Shown here piece after piece: positions 13,201 to 25,200 of a stretch of 64,000 nt of DNA. Numbering within the stretch: position 1 is the stretch's first letter; the number at the start of each line of letters is the position of its first letter. The notes below the pieces were generated by a model. The model saw only the letters and a list, made by a program, of their open reading frames with translations. It was not told the origin of the DNA and did no database searches. Both the position numbers and the translations under genes were made by a program. The stretch is from Nemertoderma westbladi (taxonomy: Eukaryota; Animalia; Xenacoelomorpha). The stretch is from the NCBI GenBank assembly GCA_032718475.1, contig JAUCBJ010003513.1, positions 1-64,000 on the forward strand, given 5' to 3'.

Positions 13201-16200
13201 ACTTACACCCTATGGTGTGTATTACAGCTCTGTACTTGCACCATATGGTGTGTATTACAGTCTGTATTTGCACCATATGGTGTGTATTCCAGTTCTGTAC
13301 TTACACCCTATGGTGTGTATTACAGCTCTGTACTTGCACCATATGGTGTGTATTACAGTTCTGTATTTGCACCATATGAGGTGTGTATTACAGTTCTGTA
13401 TTTGCACCATATGAGGTGTGTATTACAATTCTGTATTTGCACCATATGAGGTGTGTATTACAGCTCTGTACTTGCACCATATGAGGTGTGTATTACAGTT
13501 CTGTATTTGCACCATATGGTGTGTATTACAGTTCTGTACTTGCACCATATGGTGTGTATTAAGTTCTGTTCTTGCACCATATGGTGTGTATTACAGTTCT
13601 GTACTTGCACCATATGGTGTGTATTCCAGTTCTGTACTTACACCCTATGGTGTGTATTACAGTTCTGTATTTGCACCATATGGTGTGTATTACAATTCTG
13701 TATTTGAACCATATGAGGTGTGTATTAAGTTCTGTACTTGCACCATATGAGGTGTGTATTACAGTTCTGTTCTTGCACCATATGGTGTGTATTACAGTCT
13801 GTATTTGCACCATATGGTGTGTATTCCAGTTCTGTACTTACACCCTATGGTGTGTATTACAGCTCTGTACTTGCACCATATGGTGTGTATTACAGTTCTG
13901 TATTTGCACCATATGAGGTGTGTATTACAGTTCTGTATTTGCACCATATGAGGTGTGTATTACAGCTCTTTACTTGCACCATATGAGGTGTGTATTACAG
14001 TTCTGGATTTGCACCATATGAGGTGTGTATTACAATTCTGTATTTGCACCATATGAGGTGTGTATTACAGCTCTGTACTTGCACCATATGGTGTGTATTA
14101 CAGTTCTGTATTTGCACCATATGAGGTGTGTATTACGGTTCTGTATTTGCGCCATATGAGAGCTCTTTACTTGCACCATATGAGGTGTGTATTACAGTTG
14201 TTCTGTATTTTCACCATATGAGGTGTGTATTACAGTTCTGTATTTGCACCATATGAGGTGTATTACAATTCTGTATTTGCACCATATGAGGTGTGTATTA
14301 CAGTTCTGTATTTGCACCATATGAGGTGTATTACAATTCTGTATTTGCACCATATGAGGTGTGTATTACAGCTCTTTACTTGCACCATATGAGGTGTGTA
14401 TTACAGTTCTGTATTTTCACCATATGAGGTGTGTATTACAATTCTGTATTTGCACCATATGAGGTGTGTATTACAGCTCTTTACTTGCACCATATGAGGT
14501 GTATTACAGTTCTTTACTTGCACCATATGAGGTGTGTATTACAATTCTGTATTTGCACCATATGAGGTGTGTATTACAGCTCTTTACTTGCACCATATGA
14601 GGTGTATTACAGTTCTTTACTTGCACCATATGAGGTGTGTATTACAGCTCTTTACTTGCACCATATGAGGTGTGTATTACAGTTCTGTATTTGCACCATA
14701 TGAGGTGTGTATTACAATTCTGTATTTGCACCATGAGGTGTGTATTACAATTCTGTATTTGCACCATATGAGGTGTGTATTACAGCTCTTTACTTGCACC
14801 ATATGAGGTGTGTGTGTATTACAGTTCTGTATTTGCACCATATGAGGTGTGTATTACAATTCTGTATTTGCACCATGAGGTGTGTATTACAGTTCTGTAC
14901 TTGCACCATATTGTGTATATTATAGTTCTGTACTTGCACCATATGGTTTGTATTGGAGTTCTGTACTTGCACCATATGGTGTATATTATAGTTCTGTACT
15001 TGCACCATATGGTGTATATTATAGTTCTGTACTTGCACCATATGGTGTATATTATAGTTCTGTACTTGCACCATATGGTGTATATTATAGTTCTGTAGCA
15101 CTATATGGTGTATATTATAGTTCTGTAGCACCATATGTTGCAAACTCACACTTTAGTAAATATGGCAACGGTGACATTTTTCAAAAAGTTTAAAAAATTT
15201 TAATACAAATTAATAATATTAACTTCTTAACCTAAGGAATATCTTTCCTGCCTTAATTAAAATTTGAAATTCAATCAGAAAATAAATTGTCTAGTTTAGC
15301 TCAATACATTGCGCCAGTCAGTATGGTATGGCTGAGTTATAGACTATATTAAAATCGGCACCGGCCGTGACGCAATAGTTACTTGAATAAAAACAACACA
15401 CTTCGACTCACATCTGTAAAATTAACTAATTGGCCCAATAAACATCCCAATATATTATAACTAGGACTATTACTTACCTCTATAACAAAACTACGCTAAT
15501 AACTGTATATGAAACGATTATTTAAATAATACTAATAGTTTGAATCTACTTTAAAATAATGAACAATCATAACCTACATATAATGTTTACAGTTCAAGTA
15601 CTTAACGTTCTACGTATGTGTATGTTAAAACCGCAAAAAGAGCACAATAATTCAGCCACAAATAATGGAGATTAATTTTAAAGCAATTTGTAATTAATTA
15701 TATAATTATGATAAGTAATTATTATAATACATACGGAACGGACAAATGTTTCGTCTAAACTCTTGAGCACCGTATGACTGAGATCACCAAAGACAATCGA
15801 ATATCATTTTAATTAAACGCAACCGATTCAATTATGGAGTTACAAAATAAGTTGGCAGCTGATAGGTGTGAAGTTGACTTTAGTTAAAATGTTAATTAAA
15901 ATTAAAGAGCAAATATATAATATACAGATCGGCTCAAAACGACACAGCAACTCCTAACAAACAGGATACAACTTAAAAATATGTTAAATTGTGTAAAAAT
16001 AATGCTGTTTTAGTTTTATTGAAGTCTTTCCCGTACCAGAGCCAGACCCACTTATTATGGTCGTAAAGTTAAAAGTGCGGTCGCAGGAATTTTCACAACA
16101 CATTAGTAACCTTTGTGGTTCGGTGTTGGTCATTGCTTTCTTGACATACGTAACAGCCGCCCACCCCGGGTTAAAAATAATGGCTTTAGGCTCAAACGGC

Positions 16201-19200
16201 TGCTGTTTTTCCCGAAATAATGTCCCCCAACCTTCTGAAAACCTTCTGAGATCAACTGCTCTGTCTGAACCTCAACGCTTTCTGATATCTCCGTGAGATC
16301 TGGTGGTACGTCGGCGTCGTAACATACGAAAGTCAATAACAGCGAGAAACAGGTTACTCGATGATCTCGAGTATCAGACAATAATTATCTTCCAGAAAGT
16401 CTATTGGCCCCTTTCCCCTTTAGTGATATTTTGCAGTCCCATTCCAGAATTTATTTATAGCTAAAAGGGGAATAGACTTTGAATGCCCGACTGTTACATT
16501 TAAAACTAGTCAATGGCACAGTGCTGAGTACTAGTAGTAGTCGGTTTTTAAAAGTTTGCTAGCAAATATAATAATATACTAAATATGTAAGTAATTTTTA
16601 CTAAGTTTTCTGCCGAATAAGCAGTGCGATAATATTTTTTTATTTTTACACAATTTAACACACTTTTGTTTCACTAAAACTTTTGGCCGACCTCTCTGGT
16701 TAAACTTGTAAATCAGATTATAAAATATTCTAGTACCGGGTTGTATATCTAGAATATGAAAATAACAGTGACATTGTGGGCCACTTGGATTACATGGCGT
16801 GGATTAGAGTTTAAAAGCGTGTAATTAGTAATTAATTAGCAATAATTACCCTGTTGCAATAAAATTTAAGAATAAATAATTCCATGAAAATAAATGACTT
16901 TAAATTTAAATATAACTAAAAACAAACAATAATATATTATTTACTGCATTACTAAACATTGGAATATTTCGATAAACTGAGAGGCTTGATAGGAAGATTG
17001 GCTGGTTGCTATGGTTACAGGGTCCCCGTGAAGTTTTGGTTCTTGTGGGCGAGGCGTCTCACGGGGTGAGTCCTGCCCATAACGTACCTCCTTCCGTCAG
17101 CGACAGACCAGGTCGCCGGGTATCTAGGCAACGAGGACTGATCGAAACGTTGGCGCTTCGGTTGATTGTCCGGCGGCGTGTGAACCGTAGCCGCCGTCAC
17201 CACGCTCGAGTTCGCTAAGTGGGAGGCCGAACGAGTCGACTTACCGGGGCGACACGCCGCCTCGAGACCCGCGTTACCGAAACTGTGGCTGCGTTTAAGT
17301 TTAGAATCGACGACTTCCGAATCGGGAAGGCGACCCGGAGCCGACGGAGGCGACACCGAGAGCACGGCGAACTGCTGCTTGAGTTCACTCACAGTGAACT
17401 CTCGGTTCTCGAGTTCGATACACTTGTGTTCCATCTCGGGGGAGGTCGGCAGGGAGGTTGCTCTGGGCTCCCGACATCCCGTCTCCTCACTATCAGCGAC
17501 GTACACGAGTTCCGCTTGGCGACCTACCCGCTCCGGACTCGCTACTCCGACCCGCTCCCACTTCGGCGAGAGTTTCTCCACGTCCACTCGCTTCTCGTAA
17601 TCCGCCTTCTGTTTCCTCACGGTTCCCTCGTCGAAAGGGATTTTCTCCTCGTCGTAGAGATTGACGGCGAGCTCGCGACTCGTTTCGGTGCGCGGCTGCT
17701 CGAATCCCTGCGCCTGTTCCCGCACAGTCCCGGTTCGCACTCGCACAGAATCCGACTCCAGCGACGCATCCTCTTGGCTCTCCCCGCCCTCCACGAACAA
17801 TCTTCGGGTGGGGCGCGGCACTGTGGACTGTATGAGTCGCTGGACGGTACCGGGCGGGGGGACGAACTCGGTCGGTGGTTGGTGAGCCGAGTAGTCGGCG
17901 AGGTAGCTGCGGAGACGGGATCGGTTGGTGTCAGGGTCGTCTACAGCGGATGCTGAAGTAATGGCATCGTCTCCGACATCCGCAACCGTCTGTCCGACAG
18001 TGTCCGTCTGTCCATCTAACCAGTCGGAGCTGCTCTCCCCCACCGTAACCCCCTCCAGCGCTATCCGAGTCGACGACGATTGTTTCTCCGGAGTGGCGCT
18101 CCATTTGAGTTCGATCTCCTGGGTCTGCCTCCGGACGCTGCCCGGCTCCGGTTGGTAGTCGGACGCTCCGGAGGCCACCGGGGTCTCCAGCAGCCGACTC
18201 AGCTGCTCCTCGACCGGCTCGTGGCGTTTCAGCACGTGGACGTGTTCCGTGTCGTAGAGGCCGCCGCTGTCCTCGGCGCCGGTGGAGGGAGAGCGACTGG
18301 GGGAGGACGGGGTCGAGGTGCGGACCCCGGAGTGGTAGCCGGGGGAAGAGTCGGGGTCGGATCGGGGCGCCCCGGGGTCCGACAGTGGGGTGGTGGTGTC
18401 CGACAGCAGGATGGTTTTGTCCGACGATGGGGCTCTGGTGTCCGACAGCAGGGCTCGGGTATCCGACAGCGGGGTGGTGGTCTCCGACAGCGGGGTGGTG
18501 TTGTCCGACAGTGGGGACTTGGTGTCCGACAGCAGGGCGGTGGTGTCCGACAATGAGGCTCTGATGTCCGACAGAGGGGCCTTTGTGTCCGACAGCAGAG
18601 TGGTGGTGTCCGACAATGGGGCTCTGGTGTCCGACAGCAGGGCTCGGGTATCCGACAGCAGGGCGGTGGTCTCCGACAGCGGGGTGGTGGTCTCCGACAA
18701 TGAGGCTCTGATGTCCGACAGAGGGGCCTTGGTGTCCAACAGCGGTTGACCATCACAGTCGGATGTATCGAGTACCTTTACTGATGCAGAATGGCCGTCG
18801 TCTGATGAGGTTGGCTCCTCTTCCTCGGTGACGGAGAGGCGATTAGCGGAACCCCGAAAGAATATGGGTGAAGGGGGAGGGGCCCAGGCCACAGTGACGT
18901 CATCAGTGTCGGCGCCGCAGCCGACCGGAGACCCGCAATGCCGCCCGTCGACGCATGGGGGCGCTGGAGTCTCATCGTCCAGCTCCATCCCCAGGTCCGC
19001 GGACGGGTCAGATACCGAGAGATTCTCCACACTGTCGGCGTTACATAGCAACGACTCCTGACTGGCGTGCAGCCGTGGGTCCAGGTTGAAGTCGAACTTG
19101 ATCCCCTGGAAGGGGGACCGAGGGGTCGCCAAGTCCGTGGGAAGTCCCAACGAGTTGCGACTGTCCAGACGGGAGCGACAGCTGGGACTGTCGTCCTCCG

Positions 19201-22200
19201 CTATATCCACACAGATACTCGGTTCCTCGAGGTTGTTCTCCTCCCCGCTGTAGTTCCCCTCGGTATTAAACTCGCCCATTACAGTTAGTCTCTCCACCCC
19301 GGCCCCCCTGCTGCGTCTGAGTCCACTGAGTCGCGGCTCTGAGTAGCTGAAGGTTGGTGGGGAGGAGAGATGTACCACCACGTCGAAGCGGCCGGGGTCT
19401 ATTGTATGGGGGGGTCTGAAAATCGGATCCTCTGACACTGTAGGGCTATTGAATACATCCGGGAACTCGGCAGTCTGTCTGGCAACCATACTGTCCGACA
19501 TTCCTGGAGCTCCGACAACCATAGGCCTACTGTCCGACATCTCTGGAGCTCCGACAACCATGCTGTCCGACATCCCTGCAGCTCCAACAACCATACTGTC
19601 CGACATCCCTGGAGCTCCGACAACCATACTGTCCGACATCCCTGGAGCTCCGTCAACCATACTGTCAGACATCCCTGGATCCACCGCGATACTACCAGGA
19701 AACTGAGTAGAACTCTCCAACTCATGGTCCACTTGATCGTCGACCATCTCAACGTCTTCGGTTCCGGCGCTGGCCTCGACGGCTTGGAACCGCAGTCGCT
19801 GATGGCTCGCGTTCAGTATCCCCTCGTAGGTCTCCAGCTGTCGCACGAACCCCTGGTTGGGTCGGATGCAGCTCCTCCTGCTCCGAACTAACTCAACCGC
19901 GTCGCCCAAACTCATGTTGTATTCCTTCATAACAAACGCGATAACAGTGGAGGCCGAACGGCTGATCCCCATTTTGCAGTGGACCAACACCTTGACTCCT
20001 TCGCGTTTAGCCTTACTGATGTACTGGTATGTGGACTCAAAGTGGGACAGGAGGTCAGAGGCCTCGACGTCGTAGAGACGGATGTTTTTGTAGTGGAAGA
20101 TACCGGGGAAGAAGTTGTCAATCTCCTTGGTCACATTGAGGATGCATCCGACACCGTTCTCCTTGAGTTCCTCCAAGTTGGATGCGTTCCACTCAGAACC
20201 GAGGAACAAATAGGGTTGGATCTCCGACGCCCTGTCCATCTGACGAAGGATAATTATCATCTCATCATCTATGAACTTCTTGTAGTTCTGTAGCTCCATG
20301 TCCATCTCCCGCTCCAGACAGGTCCGTATCTGTTTGCTGTTTACATTCTCCAGATCCAACGTCAGCATCACCTCTTTGAGTTTAACTCGGATAAGTTTCT
20401 CGGCTACCTGGCGCTCGGTAGGGATCGAACTCGGGGACTCAGGTCTGTGGGACTCTATATCCTCCAGAAGGTGCCAGTCGAGTCGACACTGTCGGTCAGA
20501 CGAAACATTTGCCTCGTAGTAACTTGTCCAGGTTAGATTGAGTCCGCCCACAAAGTAATTGTTTACGTGCGCTATTTGCAGACATCTGAAGAGGCACTGC
20601 AGAGCGGACCACATGGCCTTAACTGACACTGGTTTGAATATATAATATCTGTTGTTGGTGGCAATACGGAAGCCTCCATCGCCGTCTAGTGTAACCTTAG
20701 TGTCACTCCATATCGGTAAGGCGATCCCTATTGTCGCTTTGTCTCCGTAATCTAGACCGAGTATTACACTCTCTTCGGTATCTTGTCTCCCCATTGTCGA
20801 TACTACCACGAGATATCTTGTCACAGAAGCTTTAGAATCCCCCTCCAAGCGAACAGCTAACTTTATTATGTCCTGCGGTCGCAAAAGGAAGAACATGGAT
20901 TGGAGGTGGTTGTGTAGACTGTCTCCATATTTCCCGGTTGACTTGTAGGACTGGGGTAAATTAGAAATGGGTCCTTTGAGGGAGAAGTAAGATTCGTTGA
21001 GACTGTACCGACGGCGTTGGTGAATTTCCTCACCGCATTCTGATGGTGTCGAACTGCTGTCGGCACTGGTATTGGGACTACGTTGGACAGTGACGAGAGC
21101 CATTTACGAAAATAATAAAGGTATCATATTTAACAACCAATGATGAAGTAATATGTTATCATAATATTGTTTAAGCCTTACGGATTAAGTTGAAGCCAGC
21201 TTCCCATTACCAAGCATACCGTACTGCCGTACTGGTACCAATCAGCATGGATACAGTGCGAAATTGTAAATATTAATTTCAGATAATCCTGTACCGGTAG
21301 TCAGGTCAGTGCTACTGCCAGACTGCTAAGTCAGTTAAGCCGGACCAAATACCAGGAGTATATTACAGTATTATATAGGCCTATCAGTCTGTCAGTATAT
21401 AGGCCTATGAGGCAATCTTTATTTACCTTGTAATCTTGTAATCACTTATTTCTAAATCATTTAGCAACAGTACCGGTACCGGTATTGTTTTTGTTCTGGG
21501 GGAAGTTCCCCCCCCCTGGAAAAGGATTTCTTTGGGGGCCAAATAAAAAAAATGGGACTTTATAATGTTTTGGGGTTGGTATTTAAAAATCCAATAGCGC
21601 GGATAGGCCCTATTTAAAAATCCCACAGTCGGATAGCTGGATAGTGCGAACCAAATACCAGTAGGCCTAGTCATGGCATTCTATACACAGGCCGTGAAGG
21701 CCTAAATGCTGAGTTTATTGCAGGCTGACTTTGGAAGTGTCCTATACTATTAGCATTAGCCACCTCGCTAAAGTTTCCGATATGGGGTTTTCCTGATCGC
21801 TGATTTCATTTCTGGTGTTAGTTTTCATATTTGACGAAATCTAGTCTGTCTGTCTGTCGGTCTGTCCGTCAAAATAATAAAGCACACCACCTAGCTAAAA
21901 TTTTCGCTATGGGAGTTTTCCTGGTCGCTGATTTCATTTCTGATGTTAGTTTTCATATTTGACCAACTCTAGTCTGTCTGTCTGTCAGTCTGTCGGTCTG
22001 TCCGTCAAAAATAATAAAGCACACCACCTAGCTATAATTTTCGCTATGGGGGTTTCCTAGTCGCTGATTTCATTTCTGATGTTAGATTTCATGTTTGACG
22101 GAATCTAGTCTGCCTGGCTGTGTTTCTGTTTGTCGGTCTGTCCGAGAAACATCCATAACTCAAATGAAACCCCCATTAAAATCTGTTATAGATGCAATAA

Positions 22201-25200
22201 ATGATATTTGTATTTAAATTTTTATACTTAAATTTAGACTGCATTATTTATATCGTATTAGCAAATAATCACACGGGTTTGTTTGAAGTAATACAATTCA
22301 GTTGGATTAGTCAGGGATCACCGGAGACCAGTTATTCAGTTATTATTTTCCAGTTGTTAATGTTAGTAAAAGCGGCACGGCGGGGGTCGTTTAAACGGCG
22401 GTCTAGATCTTTGTGTTTATTGTTCACCACCACCCACCATTTCACAATAAAGTTAATAAACAAGTCTGGAGCAGTCTGCAGAAAGTATAGCGGCCGCGGT
22501 CTCATCGCAGAACACTTTAAGCGCCAACCCAACATCCTGTCGTTCTATTGGTACACGGCTTTGCGTGACAGAGGCGACAGTTTTATTATCCCTGTGTCGA
22601 CTTTCTGTAGCTCTTCTAATAAAGACCAATCAGCAATACGAATAAAGGATACATTCGGGAGTATAAAATGAAGCTTGCCAGTCTTCTACGTATACCAGTT
22701 ATTGCGAATACATTTGAGAATGTGAACCGTATCATTGAGTAAATAAACAGGTTGATCGTTCTTGAAACACTTGAATAAATCAGTAGTGTCATTCGCTAGA
22801 CGTGTAAACACAGCATGGTTAACTTTGTTGTTATCTAAAATAACACTTAATGGAGTACCCCCGGCTTCTTGTATGAGATCACACACATCATTGATTTCTC
22901 CGATAAAAAAGAATGTCCGAGTTTAGCGACCGGGTGTATCTTAAAGACGAACTTTGGACCACCAAATAAACATTGCAGCATAATGGCGATTATTGCCTTG
23001 GCCTTCTCGGTATCTTTGGTCTCTGCAAAACCCAAAACAGAGCCCCAACATAATGAAACACAGGTTTAACATAAACCTCGTCAGCCATTACCACACACAT
23101 TTTCTGGTTCTGAGAAACAGCGAAAGTCTGCAAGAATTCCATTGTTAACGAATGGGATGCCGATTTCCAGACATATATGGATCAATTTAATCGTCGGCTG
23201 TTGAAACCCACCGTCAACTACCCTTTGATGTAATTATACCAAACCTGTACACAAGTAGTATGTCAAAAGTTAAGAAAATTTTCACAATTTTGGCGTCGTG
23301 CATATTGATATTTTTTGGTGTATGATAAATCGTAGCCATTTCATTTACCTAAAAATTACACCTCTGCACTCTACTTTCTACTGAAGTAAGCCATGCCAGT
23401 GTAAAAAAACTAATATAATTATTAATTATACATATACTAGAACGCCATCAAGATGGCTTTAAACGAACTGTCTTACACAGACTCCAAGAAACAGATGGGA
23501 TTGGAAGATGCAAACCAAGAATGACTTGCATCAACCAAAAACTGCCTCCCATCTAATGTAATACACATTCGCCTTGGCAAACAAATCATAATCACAATTA
23601 CTGCGATGTGTGAAATGTTATCCATATCCGCAACCTGAGAAACGGCGCAAAAGAGCAGTTTATTCTGCGGAGGGGTCTTCTGTATTAGATAAATAAAATA
23701 AAGAACACTAATTACAGTATTTATACCTGATACATTCTCAGTTAGCCTAATAAAAACATCGGAGCAACCAATATAATGTACATGTACAAGCCTCCTATGA
23801 AAGTTTGTGAAAAAGTCTACCCAACAGCCTTTGGTACCCGGCTGGCAGCCACCCTGGTTCAGTTTTCTGGTTTTGTTAGTTTAATCGACAGCTGTTGTAA
23901 ACGTCGCAGATATACAAAACCTACTAAGCCTTTACATTACAATTGAGCTTAGCCTGAGTTGATGACAGTATTATAACGATGACAATTAGGCCCTATAGAT
24001 ACATACGATATATAAATGATGTACTGCTTGACATTACACTAACTGACTGAATAGAGATAGAACTATAATAATATAATAATAATGTAGTACGTAACTCAAA
24101 TTAACAATAAGTAGTGAAATGTTGTTCAGCTGACAAAGTGTAGCTGTGGGTATTTAATTTCGCGTTCCATAATGTTGATAATATGCTATATTTCGAATAT
24201 CACACATCGAATCGTTCCCAACTTTTTTATTCAACAACTAGATAATAATTGATAAATAGTCGCGTTAAAAATTGTTGCGTACCTGCTTGAGTTTTTGATA
24301 TATTGGATGGTTATACACACATACACACACACATCGTGTTTTTGAACGGTCTTTGAACGGCTCAACTCTTGACAAGAACTACCCAGTCTAAAGACAGCTT
24401 TTTTTTACCTCTTCAGGAACGTTTGTATATTTCGTGCTGTTGATTTTCAGGTCGACCAGCTGGACAACAAGGAAGTTAATAGATTAACTGTGGAACGTCA
24501 AGGACAGATACTACAGCAACTCGATTCGCTGAGACAGGTAACTAATTAATTGTATCAGTTTAAAAATAATATCAAACTGAACTAAAGTATTAAATATTGC
24601 AGTGGCTTCTTATCGACATAAAAAAGGTGAAATTGTGACAAATGTGCCAAATTTTCTCTGTGAATATAGAAAACTAAAATTGCTTGCTAAACAAATCTGA
24701 CCATATTAACACTTTCAATTTCATGTTCTTTTCTTGGCAACATGGATTTTACATAGTAACAAGGTAACTATTAAGTCCCTTTTCCGCGCAGCTTTTTGAA
24801 CTTTATTTCTAGCTTTTTTCAAGCTTTTTTTTTAGCTTTATTTCTAGCTTTTTTGAGCTTTTTTCTAGCTTGTTATGCCTTTTCTAACGTTCAGATAAAA
24901 TGAAGATATAATATGAATGTTCTAGAATTAGATAATTATAATATTCGACCCAGCTTTTTTTGAGCTTTTTTTCAAGCTTTTTTTGAGCTTTTTTTTGCTT
25001 CACAATAAATGGTGCTTCTTTGTCATTGTGGTTGTATAAGGAATGATAACTGTATCATTATAATAATTACTGAGATTTGTGCAAGTTTTACAATTTCTAT
25101 GTTTCATTTTATTACATTAACTAACAAATGGGTCTTGTTTGACCGTTTTAAACTGTGGGTAAAACTGATTTTTACTAAATTAAATATCCTGAACTGAAAT

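Noticed and set aside
8300-15193. Palindromic repeats suggesting a CRISPR array, and the ORFs over them
   Set aside because: Units are head-to-tail with no unique spacers, there are no cas genes, and the context is a eukaryotic intron.
16020-16480. Short ORFs on both strands and a small inverted repeat (AAAGTCTATT...AATAGACTTT) downstream of Slingshot
   Set aside because: No recognisable domain or consistent splice sites; cannot be supported as a gene or MITE.
17006-20519. Many + strand and alternate-frame ORFs over Slingshot
   Set aside because: Shadow ORFs of a GC-rich coding region.
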